The translations under genes and the position numbers were made by a program. A DNA stretch of 64,000 bases, taken from positions 8,789 to 72,788 of the forward strand of contig CAZLQZ010000006.1 in the NCBI GenBank assembly GCA_964561995.1, in the 5' to 3' direction. The notes under the pieces are model-generated. The model saw nothing but the letters and a program-made list of their open reading frames with translations. It did no database searches and had not been told where the DNA came from. Position 1 is the first letter of the stretch. Each line of letters opens with the position of its first letter. Below, in pieces: positions 7,689-18,304 of this stretch. The stretch is from an uncultured Methanosarcinales archaeon. GTDB lineage: Archaea; Nanobdellota; Nanobdellia; Woesearchaeales; JABIAG01.

Positions 7689-8283
7689 AATGAAAAGAAT
7701 AATACTTGCAAGTACTAGTCCAAGAAGACATGGACTTATGCAACAAATTGGTTTAGATTTCGAAGTAATTCCTTCTAATTATGAAGAAGATATGACTATG
7801 AATATGTTCTCTTATAAACTAGTGCAAACTTTGGCTTATGGAAAAGCAAAAGAAGTTGCTAACCGAGTTAAAAGTGGAATTGTTATTGGTGCTGATACTT
7901 TTGTTACTTTAGGAAATAAAAAATTGGGTAAGCCAAAATCAAAAGAAGATGCTAAAAATATGTTAAGGATGCAATCTGGAAAAATGCAAAAAATTTATTC
8001 TGGAATTGCAATTATAGACGTTAAATCAGGTAAAGAATTAATTGCATATGAAGTTACTAAATTAAAAATGAAAAAGCTAACAAAAAAAGAAATTGATGGT
8101 TATGTTGCAACTGGAGAACCATTAGATAAAGCAGGGGCATTTGCACTACAAGGTTTGGGTGCTATTTTTGTTGAAAAAGTTGATGGTTGTTATAGTAATG
8201 TAATTGGGTTACCGTTACATTTACTTGCAAATAAACTTAAAGAATTTAACATAGATATATTTAAACATAAAAAAAATATTTAG
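7675..8283 (+). CDS. maf: Maf-like nucleoside triphosphate pyrophosphatase
   Basis: ILASTSPRRHGLMQQIGLDFEVIPSNYEE, GADT, GKPKSKEDA, DKAGAFALQG, NVIGLPL motifs. Confidence 0.9.
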   Translation: MKINKMKRIILASTSPRRHGLMQQIGLDFEVIPSNYEEDMTMNMFSYKLVQTLAYGKAKEVANRVKSGIVIGADTFVTLGNKKLGKPKSKEDAKNMLRMQSGKMQKIYSGIAIIDVKSGKELIAYEVTKLKMKKLTKKEIDGYVATGEPLDKAGAFALQGLGAIFVEKVDGCYSNVIGLPLHLLANKLKEFNIDIFKHKKNI

Positions 8284-8293
8284 ATAATTTTTT

Positions 8294-8959
8294 TTATTCT
8301 ATTATTGTTCCCATAAATTTCTTATCATTAAGAAGATTCTCTATATTATTTAATTTTCTTCCATTAGCAATAATTACTTTTAATTTTAATCTTTTTGCTG
8401 CTTTAGAAGCAATAGGGTCAAAAGGAGCATTTGAACCTGGAACCCAATCTGTGCCTACAATTTTTAACATTTCGTCCCAAGTAATATTTTTTAACATTTT
8501 AGCATTTTCGTATTTTCTTGGATCTTTAGAATAAACATAATGTGTATTGGTTAAATTAATTACCATTTTTGCATCATAAGTTTTAGCAAACATTACTGCA
8601 TCATAATCTGTTGAACATCCTGGTTTCCATCCTGCTGCAATAATCACGTTTTTATTTGTTTTAACTTTTTTAGTTGGATCAGTTATTACTTCTTTATATG
8701 CTTCTTCTTTAAAAGCAGTTAATACTAACTGAGCATTTAATATTGTTGATTTAATTCCTATCTTATCTTTTTCAACAAGTGAAGAGCCTAATTTATCTGC
8801 TGCATCAATATATTTTCTTGCTAATGCACCACCGCCAACAACTAAAATAAATTTATACTTCTGAGAAAGAATGAATTTTTTAAGTTTGTTAATGTATTGA
8901 AAATCTATTTCATCAGGTACTATTATGCTTCCGCCAACGCTTATTATTATTGTTTCCAT
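8294..8959 (-). CDS. pyrH: UMP kinase (archaeal type)
   Basis: IISVGGSII, VVGGGALARKYI, amino-acid-kinase fold length (221 aa). Confidence 0.8.
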   Translation of the reverse strand: METIIISVGGSIIVPDEIDFQYINKLKKFILSQKYKFILVVGGGALARKYIDAADKLGSSLVEKDKIGIKSTILNAQLVLTAFKEEAYKEVITDPTKKVKTNKNVIIAAGWKPGCSTDYDAVMFAKTYDAKMVINLTNTHYVYSKDPRKYENAKMLKNITWDEMLKIVGTDWVPGSNAPFDPIASKAAKRLKLKVIIANGRKLNNIENLLNDKKFMGTIIE

Positions 8960-9061
8960 AATGTATTACTTAAATTAATGTTATAAAAAGGTATCGGAAG
9001 TTGGTAAATAACTGTTATTTTATTTTAACAAAAACTTAATAAAGGAATTAATATAATTCCT

Positions 9062-9568
9062 ATGATTATGCAGGAAGTGATTGTTAAAGGAAGAGGTGGC
9101 CAAGGTGCTAAAACTGCCGTAGAAATTCTGGCAAAAGCAGCTAATTACGAAGAGAAATGGTATTTGGCATACCCTGAATTTGGTCCAGAAAGAAGTGGAA
9201 CTCCTATTAATGCTTATTTTAAAGTAGATGATATAAATATTAGAAGTAGAGAGCCAATTAAATGTCCCGATATAATTGTTGTTTTTGATAAAACTTTAGA
9301 AAATTTTTCAAGAGGATTAAAACGAAATGGAGTTATAATTGTAAATTCTATTATAGAAAAAAAATATAATTTTGTAGATGCATCAACTATTTCAAAAGAA
9401 ATAGCAGGTAGATTTATTCCTAACATGGTTATGTTGGGTGCATTAATAAAAATAACAAGTATATTAAAAAAAGAGTCAGTTCAAAAAGCAATTAATGATA
9501 CTTTTGAAAAAAAAGTTGCAGATTTTAATATAAAATGTTTTGAAGAGGGTTATAAACAAGCAAAATGA
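9062..9568 (+). CDS. porG: 2-oxoacid (pyruvate/ketoisovalerate):ferredoxin oxidoreductase, gamma subunit
   Basis: GRGGQGAKTAVEILAKAA N-terminal motif; overlaps the next gene by 4 nt. Confidence 0.8.
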   Translation: MIMQEVIVKGRGGQGAKTAVEILAKAANYEEKWYLAYPEFGPERSGTPINAYFKVDDINIRSREPIKCPDIIVVFDKTLENFSRGLKRNGVIIVNSIIEKKYNFVDASTISKEIAGRFIPNMVMLGALIKITSILKKESVQKAINDTFEKKVADFNIKCFEEGYKQAK

Positions 9569-10698
9569 GAAAAGCATATAATGGTATGAATGCAGCAGTA
9601 GAAGCTTTAAGGCAAATAGACCCTGAAGTTGTTCCAGCATATCCTATTACTCCTGCAACAGGAATTCCTGAAGGTTTTTCCAAATTAGTTGATGCTAAAA
9701 AAGTAACTGGTGAATTAATTACAGTTGAATCTGAACATTCTGCATTGTCTGCTTGCGTTGGTGCGGCAGCAACTGGTGTAAGAACTGCAACAGCAACGGC
9801 TTCTCAGGGCTTGGCTTACATGTTTGAAGTTTTAGGAATTGCATCAGGATTAAAATTACCCATTTTAATGTATGTTGGAAACCGTGCATTATCCGCTCCA
9901 ATTAATATTCATTGTGATCATTCAGATTCAATGGCTGCACGTGATCAAGGTTGGATTCAATTATATTGTGAAACCGCTCAAGAAGTTTATGATTTAAGTT
10001 TAATAGGATTGAAATTGGCTGAATGTGTTCGTCTTCCTATAATGATTTGTCAAGATGGTTTTATTACTACTCATACTGTTGAACCTGTAGAGATTCAAGA
10101 AGATAAAAAAGTAAAAAAGTATATTGGAGATTATAGAAATAAAGATGGTTTATTTAATTTTAAAAAACCAAAAACTATTGGACATTTTGCAATGCCTGAT
10201 GTTTTTTTTGAATTTAAAGAACAACAAGAAAGAAGTATGAAATATGCATTAAAGCAATACTCTGTATTACAAAAAAAATATTCAAAATTATTTCATAAAA
10301 AAGAATATCCTTCAGTTGCTCGTTATAAAGTTTCACAAGCAGATTATGTAATTGTTTGTATGAGTTCTGTTTCAGGAATTGTTAAGGATGTTGTTAATGA
10401 ATTAAGAGAAGAAGGTTTTAAGGCTGGTTGTTTAAAAATTAGAATGTTTAGACCATTTCCTTCTAAGGATGTAATGAATGCACTTAAAAATGTTAAAGGT
10501 GTTGCTGTTTTAGATAGGTCAATGTCATTTGGTAGTATGCCACCCTTATTTTCTGAAGTTAAAAATTGTTTTTTAGGAAGTATTCAATCTTATGTATTTG
10601 GACTAGGTGGAAGAGACATTTTTAAAGAAAATATTAAAGAAGTTTTTAAAAAATTAGCAAAAAGAAATTATGAAGAGGGGATAAGGTACATTAAATGA
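9565..10698 (+). CDS. porA: 2-oxoacid:ferredoxin oxidoreductase, alpha subunit
   Basis: NGMNAAVEALRQIDPEVVPAYPITPAT...ESEHSALSACVGAAATGVRTATATASQGL typical of POR/VOR alpha. Confidence 0.85.
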   Translation: MRKAYNGMNAAVEALRQIDPEVVPAYPITPATGIPEGFSKLVDAKKVTGELITVESEHSALSACVGAAATGVRTATATASQGLAYMFEVLGIASGLKLPILMYVGNRALSAPINIHCDHSDSMAARDQGWIQLYCETAQEVYDLSLIGLKLAECVRLPIMICQDGFITTHTVEPVEIQEDKKVKKYIGDYRNKDGLFNFKKPKTIGHFAMPDVFFEFKEQQERSMKYALKQYSVLQKKYSKLFHKKEYPSVARYKVSQADYVIVCMSSVSGIVKDVVNELREEGFKAGCLKIRMFRPFPSKDVMNALKNVKGVAVLDRSMSFGSMPPLFSEVKNCFLGSIQSYVFGLGGRDIFKENIKEVFKKLAKRNYEEGIRYIK

Positions 10699-11540
10699 CT
10701 TTAAAACAAGGATATAAAACCTGTATGGGATGTATGGAACCAATTGTTACTAAATCTGTTTTAGAAGCAATTGAAAATCCTGTTGTTGTTTCATTAGCAA
10801 CTGGTTGTTTAGAAGTTGCTTCAACTAGTTATCCTGATTCTTCATGGACTTGTCCAACAATTCATTCTGCTTTTGGTAATAGTGCAGCTACAATTTCAGG
10901 AATTGAAACTGCATTTAATGTTTTAAAAAGAAAAGGTGAAATTAAAGAAAATCCTAAATTTATCGTCATTGCTGGTGATGGCGGTACTTATGACATTGGT
11001 TTTCAAGCAATGAGTGGAGCATTTGAAAGAGGTCATGATTTTGTATATTTATGTTTAGATAATGGAGCTTATATGAATACTGGTGGACAAAGAAGTTCTG
11101 CTTCTCCATATAAATCTAAAACTTCTACAACTCCAGGTGGAAAAGTTCAATGGAGAAAAGATTTAACTAAAATTGCATTAGCTCATAATATTCCTTATGT
11201 TGCTCAAGCGTCTGTGGCAGATTTGGAAGACTTAAAACAAAAAGCAAAAAAAGCTTTTGAAACTAAGGGTCCTGCTTTTTTGAATGTTTTAGTTCCTTGT
11301 CCAAGATTTTGGAGATATGATTTGATGAATTCTAAAAAAATTAATGATTTGTCTTTTCAAACTTGTTTTTGGCCAATTTTTGAAGTTGAAAATGGTAAAA
11401 AAACTGTTAAAGTTCCTGAAAATAAAATTCCTGTTGAAGAGTTTCTTAAAATTCAAGGTAGATTTAAGAATTTAACTAAAGAAGATATTGATGAAATTCA
11501 ACAAGGTGTTGATAAAAAATGGGAAGAATTAAATAATTAA
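10695..11540 (+). CDS. porB: 2-oxoacid:ferredoxin oxidoreductase, beta (TPP-binding) subunit
   Basis: GDGGTYDIGFQAMSGA...LDNGAYMNTGGQ TPP-binding motif; N-terminal Cys cluster CMGC...GC. Confidence 0.85.
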   Translation: MTLKQGYKTCMGCMEPIVTKSVLEAIENPVVVSLATGCLEVASTSYPDSSWTCPTIHSAFGNSAATISGIETAFNVLKRKGEIKENPKFIVIAGDGGTYDIGFQAMSGAFERGHDFVYLCLDNGAYMNTGGQRSSASPYKSKTSTTPGGKVQWRKDLTKIALAHNIPYVAQASVADLEDLKQKAKKAFETKGPAFLNVLVPCPRFWRYDLMNSKKINDLSFQTCFWPIFEVENGKKTVKVPENKIPVEEFLKIQGRFKNLTKEDIDEIQQGVDKKWEELNN

Positions 11541-12370
11541 GATTGTATTTTCTTTATATCGTATGAACCATCTTTTTTCTGGAATCCTACTCTAAAAGAT
11601 TTAATATTATTAGGTATCAAATGCATATATGTATTGTAAAATTTAATATTGTAATATCTTTCTTTTCCAATGTCTTCTAAAACTTCTTGTTCTGATTCGT
11701 TTAAAGCAAATTTGTCTAAGCTTTCCATATTACCATAGTCTCTTATTATCAATAAAACAACAACCAATGCTGACGATAATAATGTATTAAGTATTTTGTA
11801 TGTAATTGTATTTCCTTGGCTATAAAATAAACTAAAGATAATTACTATTGTTAATGCGACCAGAATTAACCAGCTACTTAATCTTAGTTTTGATTTTAAT
11901 CTCACTGATAAAGCATTTCTTGCTTGTTCTAATGTTGTTAATATTTCAAGCATCCAAGACATCGGTGATGAATTTTTATGTGTCATTCTAGTTTTAAGTG
12001 CGTCATACATCTTTAGAAAATATATTCTTGTTTGTTTATAATGTGTTTCAGAAATTGAATGGTTGGAAACAGTTATGTAATATTTTTCAATTAAATCTCT
12101 TATATGGTTTGAAAACTTTTTTTCATATAGGCTAGCAGTTTTATAAAAACTTAATAATAGTGCGTCTTCTTGTGTCATTAAAGTTCTAATATTATTGTGT
12201 CGTTCATTTAATCTTGAAATAAAGAATCCGGATAAAATTGCAAATATAAATGTGCTAATTGTAATTACCATGGTAATTTCTTCACTCGGACCAACACCAT
12301 TAACGAAAATAGAAAGTATTGTAAACAGTATTATAGAAATTATTCCTCCTTTTACTGCATCAATATACAT
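11537..12370 (-). CDS. Integral membrane protein, function unknown
   Basis: Hydrophobic helices at the N-terminus and around residues 160-210; no catalytic motif recognised. Confidence 0.5.
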   Translation of the reverse strand: MYIDAVKGGIISIILFTILSIFVNGVGPSEEITMVITISTFIFAILSGFFISRLNERHNNIRTLMTQEDALLLSFYKTASLYEKKFSNHIRDLIEKYYITVSNHSISETHYKQTRIYFLKMYDALKTRMTHKNSSPMSWMLEILTTLEQARNALSVRLKSKLRLSSWLILVALTIVIIFSLFYSQGNTITYKILNTLLSSALVVVLLIIRDYGNMESLDKFALNESEQEVLEDIGKERYYNIKFYNTYMHLIPNNIKSFRVGFQKKDGSYDIKKIQS

Positions 12371-12447
12371 ATAATATATATTATGAAAAAAAGAGTATAA
12401 AAATGTTTCTTTTTTTATATAATCAATTAAGAATATAATTTATATCG

Positions 12448-13038
12448 TTACTTGTCATGTTTTTTTAATTTTATAAATCTCTTTTTAAGAAGATAACCTA
12501 GAATAATAAGTAAGAGGGTTGCTATTGTTGTTCTGAGTAGCACATTATAAAATAATTCATAAAAATAATTTGCGGGGTATAATGTTATTAGAAAAGAATC
12601 AAAAGAAAATAAGAAATTTCCTTGTGGGAAGAAAATTAGGTGAAATAATGAAAATATTTGCGCTGGAAAAATTATGCTAGTTATTGAAAGTATTGTTGCT
12701 ATTGCAAGTGGAATCCATAATTTTGTTAAAATTTCTATGCTTTTGTTGAAGTATATTAATAGTCCTGTAATAATAGTTAATATTAAAATAAATAAAATAA
12801 AATTATCATTTAGTTTTTTTACATCTCTCATGTGGGATGATTCTTCTTTAGTTATGTTTAATTCTAGGTTGTTTGTTTTAAAGAATTCTAATACTTTTTG
12901 ATGTTCATCTAATTTGTTTTCACGTTTTGAATGTTTTTCTACTAATCTTTTTTGTAAATTGTTGTCAAATGCTGTAAGTTCAAACGTTACTGAGAAAATT
13001 AATAAAAATAAAAAAATTGAAATAAATGTTTTATTCAT
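12448..13038 (-). CDS. Integral membrane protein, function unknown
   Basis: Signal/anchor plus four hydrophobic segments. Confidence 0.5.
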   Translation of the reverse strand: MNKTFISIFLFLLIFSVTFELTAFDNNLQKRLVEKHSKRENKLDEHQKVLEFFKTNNLELNITKEESSHMRDVKKLNDNFILFILILTIITGLLIYFNKSIEILTKLWIPLAIATILSITSIIFPAQIFSLFHLIFFPQGNFLFSFDSFLITLYPANYFYELFYNVLLRTTIATLLLIILGYLLKKRFIKLKKHDK

Positions 13039-13324
13039 CCTTTGGTGGGTTTTTTAATTTTTTAACCACATCTTTGAATGCTTTAATCTGAGGTTCAGTT
13101 AAATTACCGTATCTGAAGTAATTCAATTTAATTTTTCTCAAAAATGATGATTCCTTATAATATTCTTCTGGAATTTTAAACATTCTTTTCATCTTTGGAT
13201 CTTTTATTTCTTCGCCTTCCATTGATTTTAAATCACATGCATAGCAAGTTGGATATTTGTCTTTCCAATTTGCTGGAACGTAAGCATTTTTACATCTTGA
13301 ACATAGTACTTTATATTTTGCCAT
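13031..13324 (-). CDS. Small basic zinc-ribbon protein
   Basis: MAKYKVLCSRCKNAYVP...YPTCYACD (CxxC...CxxC). Internal ATG at 13324 chosen because the track N-terminus overlaps the upstream gene by 59 nt. Confidence 0.5.
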   Translation of the reverse strand: MAKYKVLCSRCKNAYVPANWKDKYPTCYACDLKSMEGEEIKDPKMKRMFKIPEEYYKESSFLRKIKLNYFRYGNLTEPQIKAFKDVVKKLKNPPKDE

Positions 13325-13325
13325 T

Positions 13326-14342
13326 TTATTTAAACTCCTTTTTTGGATAGAATATTTGCATATCTTTTTTAATTTTTTCTGCAATTAATTCATGTCCTTT
13401 TTTATTTGGATGAAATTTATCTGGTCCTTCTAAAGACTGATTAAAGTTATCTTCCATATATGTAAACATGTCTATAGTATTTAAATTGTTCTGTTCTGCA
13501 GTTGCCCAGATTACGTCATTATAATTTTTTATTATTTCTTTTCCAATTTGTTTAACGTCTATTTCTATTCCTAATATTTGATTTATTCCTTGTTCAATTT
13601 CTATTGCTGATGATAATTTAGAAGCATCTGGAATTGTCATTAAAATTAATTTTGAGTCTGGTATTTGGGTTAGGTTATTTACTATTTTGTTGTATTCTTC
13701 AAAAAATTTATTTGTTGATTCTAATCTTAAAATATTATTTGCGCCAATCCATAAAAAGATTAATTTATTTTTATTAGGGATTTTATTTTTTAATTGTGTT
13801 TGAAGAATATCGCTAGTTGCATCTCCTTCGTGAGCATTATTGATTAATTCTACTTCCAAGTTTTGACTGTATTGATATAACCAATTTTCTGTTTCGGGAT
13901 TATCTAGTCCGAACCCTTGAGTTAAAGAATCTCCGTATCCTATTATTGTTTCAATGTTAATAATTTGCTTTTTAACTTCTAATGTTATTGATTTAGTAAT
14001 TTCTTTTTTTCCATCACTTACTGTACATTTAATTGTATGATTGCCTATTTCATTTAGTGTTACTTCACATTCATTATTTTTGCAATTATTATTCCAATTG
14101 TAGGTGTAGTTTTCTTCTCCCTTATTTGCTTGGCAGTAGATTGTTGTTTTAAGTTCTAATTCTTCTTCTGTTTTGTCTGCAGTGAGTGTTAGTTCTAAAG
14201 GTTCTTTTTGTGGTTCTTGAATTGTTGGTTTGTTTTCTTGAGAAGGTTTTGTAATGTTGTCTTGACTTGTTTTCTCTTTTTTAATAATTGTTTGACAACC
14301 TACTAAAAGAATTATGAGTAAAAGTGGTATTAGGTATTTCAT
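13326..14342 (-). CDS. Lipobox lipoprotein: Ig/PKD-like domain plus SGNH/GDSL hydrolase
   Basis: MKYLIPLLLIILLVGCQT (L-V-G-C lipobox), IIGYGDSLTQG (GDSL block I), IGANN, DKFHPN (block V). Confidence 0.65.
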   Translation of the reverse strand: MKYLIPLLLIILLVGCQTIIKKEKTSQDNITKPSQENKPTIQEPQKEPLELTLTADKTEEELELKTTIYCQANKGEENYTYNWNNNCKNNECEVTLNEIGNHTIKCTVSDGKKEITKSITLEVKKQIINIETIIGYGDSLTQGFGLDNPETENWLYQYSQNLEVELINNAHEGDATSDILQTQLKNKIPNKNKLIFLWIGANNILRLESTNKFFEEYNKIVNNLTQIPDSKLILMTIPDASKLSSAIEIEQGINQILGIEIDVKQIGKEIIKNYNDVIWATAEQNNLNTIDMFTYMEDNFNQSLEGPDKFHPNKKGHELIAEKIKKDMQIFYPKKEFK

Positions 14343-14414
14343 AATAAGAAAATAGTGTTTTTATTTAATTAACTTTCTATTAGTTTTCTTCTTAGTATAT
14401 CTAATTTGTTACTT

Positions 14415-14966
14415 TTAACTTTTGGGGTGTGATTCTGCTTCAATTTCTGCATAAATTTTATCCAGTTTTAAGCGTGATTTGCTAATTGCGATTTGTATTA
14501 ATGGGACGTCTCTTTTTTCTTTTAAACATACGTATTTATGAATATTTTTTGAAAAACCATGTTCTATAAAGAAATAAACTCCTACTATTCTTGTGTTAGG
14601 GTGTCCTGCATATTTTAAAGATGTACCTTGTTCTAATAAATCCATGTGGCTGATTTGGTCGTGATAATCAAAAGACTCGGATTGTCCTTCAAAATTAAAC
14701 AATCCTGGTTCAAAAAGTTGATGGGGTTTATTTCCTGGTTGAATAATTATTCCTGAATTATCAATTAATAATCTTTCAATACTTTCGATTCTTCCGATTA
14801 ATTCAGTAATATAATTACTTTTTGGGTCTTTAATTTTTTCAATATCTTCATAGATGGAATAATTACTAACTTCGCCCCATAAATTATTTGATTTACCTTT
14901 TAGTTTTAAATAAAGAAACTTACTTTCATCATGTTGTGATGGGTCTGTTAAATGATCATTAATCAT
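14415..14966 (-). CDS. Hypothetical protein
   Basis: Uninterrupted 183-aa ORF in a coding-dense region; no motif recognised. Confidence 0.4.
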   Translation of the reverse strand: MINDHLTDPSQHDESKFLYLKLKGKSNNLWGEVSNYSIYEDIEKIKDPKSNYITELIGRIESIERLLIDNSGIIIQPGNKPHQLFEPGLFNFEGQSESFDYHDQISHMDLLEQGTSLKYAGHPNTRIVGVYFFIEHGFSKNIHKYVCLKEKRDVPLIQIAISKSRLKLDKIYAEIEAESHPKS

Positions 14967-15034
14967 AATTAAATGGTAATGTAATTAAAGTTATAATGAT
15001 TTTTTAAAGTTTTTGTAATTAGGTGAAATGTTTA

Positions 15035-16108
15035 CTAGAACCAACTCTTTTTTTTGTTAAATGTTTTTTCTAATTCTATTAAAAGATCTTTTTGTTTTTT
15101 ATTTAGTTTTTTAGGAACTTCAATTGTAACTTTAACATTTTCACTTCCACTTCCGTATCCATCTAAGTGAGGTATTCCTTTTCCTTTCATTTGAAATATG
15201 GTTTCTGATTGTGTTCCTGCTGGAATTTTTAATGTTGCTTCACCTTTTAGGGTTGGAACTTTAATGTCTCCACCTAATGACGCTGTAATAAAAGAAACGG
15301 GTGCTTCAATATTAATATCATAATCTTCTCTTTGAAACAATTTGTGTTCTTTAACTGTAATGAATAAATATAAATCGCCAGTTTCAGCACCTTTTTCTCC
15401 TGCTTCTCCTTCGCCGTGAATTCTTAATCTCATTCCATTATCGACGCCTGCTGGTATTTTTGCATTTATTTTTTTATTAACTTCTCTTCTACCTGAACCA
15501 AAGCAACTAGAACATGGTTGTTCAATTGTTTCTCCTTCTCCTTGGCATTTTCTACATGATGATTGTAAGTTAACAATTCCAAAAGGTGTTCTTTGTTGTC
15601 TTCTTACAACTCCTGAACCATTACAATCTGGACAAGTAACTACTTTACTATGTTTGTCAGCTCCAGTACCTTTGCAATCTTCGCAAGTATCATATTTAGG
15701 TAGGGTGATTTCTTTTTCTACACCTTCTGCTGCTTCTTCTAAAGAAATTGTAATATCATATCTTAAATCGTCTCCTCTTCTCTTTTTAGACTTTCTTGCA
15801 CCGCCAAATCCAAAACCTGAAAAGACTTGATCAAAAATATCATCAAAATTAAATCCCATGTTGGATGGGTCGAATCCTTGACCTTGGGATCCTTCATTAG
15901 TTCCAAATCGGTCATATTGTTCTCTTTTAGTTTCATCGCCTAGAACTGCTGCGGCTTCATTTACTTCTTTGAATTTGTGTTCAGAATCAGGATTGTCCGG
16001 ATTTAAATCGGGGTGATATTTTTTTGCTAGTTTTTTGTACGCTTTTTTAATCTCCTCTTTACTAGCTCCTTTTTCAACTCCCAATGTTTCGTAGTAATCT
16101 TTACTCAT
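15035..16108 (-). CDS. dnaJ: Chaperone DnaJ (type I, with CxxCxGxG zinc-finger repeats)
   Basis: DYYETLGV...YHPDLNP J-domain, G/F-rich linker, CEDCKGTG / CPDCNGSG / CRKCQGEG / CSSCFGSG. Confidence 0.95.
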   Translation of the reverse strand: MSKDYYETLGVEKGASKEEIKKAYKKLAKKYHPDLNPDNPDSEHKFKEVNEAAAVLGDETKREQYDRFGTNEGSQGQGFDPSNMGFNFDDIFDQVFSGFGFGGARKSKKRRGDDLRYDITISLEEAAEGVEKEITLPKYDTCEDCKGTGADKHSKVVTCPDCNGSGVVRRQQRTPFGIVNLQSSCRKCQGEGETIEQPCSSCFGSGRREVNKKINAKIPAGVDNGMRLRIHGEGEAGEKGAETGDLYLFITVKEHKLFQREDYDINIEAPVSFITASLGGDIKVPTLKGEATLKIPAGTQSETIFQMKGKGIPHLDGYGSGSENVKVTIEVPKKLNKKQKDLLIELEKTFNKKKSWF

Positions 16109-16262
16109 TTTTCCCCTTTACCCTATACTTAGGGTTATTAATTATGTCGTTAATTTCCCATTTTACTTGCTTTTTTAATCGTAAGTTTAGTCTTATATCT
16201 TTCCAAAACCTGCTTCCGATATACGCAAATACAGCGATTATAACAATCCATCCGAATTCCAT
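16101..16262 (-). CDS. Possible 53-aa single-pass membrane peptide overlapping the dnaJ start
   Basis: My translation: [53 protein letters not shown]. Its stop overlaps the dnaJ ATG by 8 nt. Not in the ORF track. Confidence 0.3.
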   Translation of the reverse strand: MEFGWIVIIAVFAYIGSRFWKDIRLNLRLKKQVKWEINDIINNPKYRVKGKNE

Positions 16263-16357
16263 TTTATTATAAATAAAAAAATAAAGGTAATAAAAAGTTA
16301 TTCTTTTTATTCCTTCTTTTCTATCTTCTTTTTCATCAACTACTTTAGCGCAACTGG

Positions 16358-16384
16358 TTACGGTTGGTTGACATCCAACCGTAA
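16358..16384 (-). other. Perfect 10-bp stem / 7-nt loop hairpin in the dnaK-dnaJ spacer
   Basis: TTACGGTTGG-TTGACAT-CCAACCGTAA. It is GC-rich relative to its surroundings, and an adjacent GTAAG/CTTAC pairing would compete with it. Confidence 0.5.
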
Positions 16385-16420
16385 GTACTGTTTCGCTTAC
16401 TCAACTGTACGACTAAAAAA

Positions 16421-18304
16421 TTATTCCTTTTTTTCTTCCTTTTTATCTTCTTTTTCATCAACTACTTCTGCGTCAACTACTTTTTCATCCTTTTTTTCTT
16501 CTTTTTTATCTTTGCCAGGTTCTGCTTTTTGCTTAGCTTCTTGTTCTTTAGCAGCTTTAGCATACATTTCTTGTGCAATCTTATTGAACTTTTCAGTAAG
16601 TTCATCTTTTTTTGTTTTGATGGTTTCGTAGTTTTTGTCTTTGTCTTTTAGTAATTCTTTCATTTCATTGATGTCTTTTTTAATAGGTTCAATTTGTTTT
16701 TTATCAACTTTGTCGCCCATTTCTTTTATGGTTTTTTCATATTGAAATACTAAAGTTTCTGCTTCGTTTAAAGTTTCAATTTTTTCTTTAATTTTTTTGT
16801 CTTCATCTGCATGTGCTTCAGCGTCTTTTTTCATTTTTTCAATATCTTCATCTGACAAGTTTGATGAACCAGTTACTGTAATCTTTTGTTCTTTACCTGT
16901 TCCTAGGTCTTTAGCAGATACATTTACAATTCCATTTGCATCAATGTCGAATGTAACTTCAACTTGAGGAACTCCTCTTGGTGCTGGTGGTATTCCTACT
17001 AAATCGAATCTTCCTAATGATTTGTTATCATTAGCCATTGCTCTTTCACCTTGTAGTACGTTTATTGTTACTGCTGTTTGATTATCTGCAGCTGTACTGA
17101 ATGTTTGAGATTTTCTAGTTGGAATAGTTGTATTTCTTTCTATTAATTTAGTTGATACTCCGCCTAAAGTTTCAATACCTAAAGTTAGTGGTGTAACATC
17201 TAATAATAAAACATCTTTAACTTCTCCGCCTAAAATTCCTGCTTGAATTGCAGCGCCTAGTGCAACAGCTTCATCAGGGTTAACAGATTTATCTCCTTCT
17301 TTTCCAGTTATGCTTTTAACTAATTCTTGTACTGCTGGGATTCTAGTTGATCCTCCTACAAGTAAGATTTTGTTAATTTCGTCTGCTTTAATTCCTGCAT
17401 CTTTAATTGCTTGTTCTGTTGGTCCTTTTAATTTTTCAATAATGTCTGCAATCATATTCTCGAATTGCGCTTTTGTTAAATCTAAATTCAAATGTTTTGG
17501 ACCATCTGCTCCACTTGTAATAAATGGTAAGTTAATTGTAGTCTTTTGAGAAGATGAAAGTTCTTTTTTAGCATTTTCTGCTGCTTCTTTCAATCTTTGT
17601 TCAGCTTGTTTATCTTTTCTTAAGTCAATTCCATTTTCTTTTTTGAAATGTTCTGCTAAGAAATCAATAATTAACTGATCTATATCATCTCCACCTAAGT
17701 GATTATTTCCAGATGTTGATTTTACTTCAAAAACACCGTCTCCAAGTTCCATAACTGAAACATCGAAAGTTCCACCCCCAAAATCGAATACTAATACTGT
17801 GTGTTCGTTGGATTTATCCATTCCGTAAGCTAAACTTGCTGAAGTTGGTTCATTAACTATTCTTAAAACATTTAGTCCTGCAACTTTACCTGCATCTTTA
17901 GTAGCTTGTCTTTGAGCATCATTAAAATATGCTGGTACTGTAATTACTGCGTCAGTTACTGTTCTTCCCATGTATGCTTCTGCATCTGTTTTTAATTTTT
18001 GTAAAATGATTGCTGATACTTCTTGAGGACTATATTCTTTATCTTCAATTTTAATTTTTTCATCAGTTCCAATAATTCTTTTTACACTTCTTATAGTGTG
18101 TTCTGGATTAGTAACTGCTTGGTTTTTTGCAATTTTACCAACTACTCTTTCTCCATCTTTTAGTAAAACTACTGATGGTGTTGTTCTTTCTCCTTCTGCG
18201 TTTGGAATAATTGTTGGTTTTCCACCCTCCATTACTGCTACTGCTGAGAATGTAGTACCTAAATCTATTCCTATTGCTTTTCCTTGTGATGCTTTTTCAG
18301 TCAT
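16421..18304 (-). CDS. dnaK: Chaperone DnaK (Hsp70)
   Basis: [32 protein letters not shown] and the rest of a full-length Hsp70; lysine/glutamate-rich C-terminal tail. Confidence 0.97.
   Translation of the reverse strand: MTEKASQGKAIGIDLGTTFSAVAVMEGGKPTIIPNAEGERTTPSVVLLKDGERVVGKIAKNQAVTNPEHTIRSVKRIIGTDEKIKIEDKEYSPQEVSAIILQKLKTDAEAYMGRTVTDAVITVPAYFNDAQRQATKDAGKVAGLNVLRIVNEPTSASLAYGMDKSNEHTVLVFDFGGGTFDVSVMELGDGVFEVKSTSGNNHLGGDDIDQLIIDFLAEHFKKENGIDLRKDKQAEQRLKEAAENAKKELSSSQKTTINLPFITSGADGPKHLNLDLTKAQFENMIADIIEKLKGPTEQAIKDAGIKADEINKILLVGGSTRIPAVQELVKSITGKEGDKSVNPDEAVALGAAIQAGILGGEVKDVLLLDVTPLTLGIETLGGVSTKLIERNTTIPTRKSQTFSTAADNQTAVTINVLQGERAMANDNKSLGRFDLVGIPPAPRGVPQVEVTFDIDANGIVNVSAKDLGTGKEQKITVTGSSNLSDEDIEKMKKDAEAHADEDKKIKEKIETLNEAETLVFQYEKTIKEMGDKVDKKQIEPIKKDINEMKELLKDKDKNYETIKTKKDELTEKFNKIAQEMYAKAAKEQEAKQKAEPGKDKKEEKKDEKVVDAEVVDEKEDKKEEKKE

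Noticed and set aside
16358-16384. The 7-nt loop TTGACAT (or ATGTCAA on the other strand) has the Y-U-NNN-R-N look of an anticodon loop, so I considered a tRNA or tRNA fragment between dnaK and dnaJ.
   Set aside because: The stem is 10 bp rather than 5. I could find no T-arm (GTTCRANYC-like) or D-arm, and no acceptor pairing in the flanks. It is better described as a plain hairpin.
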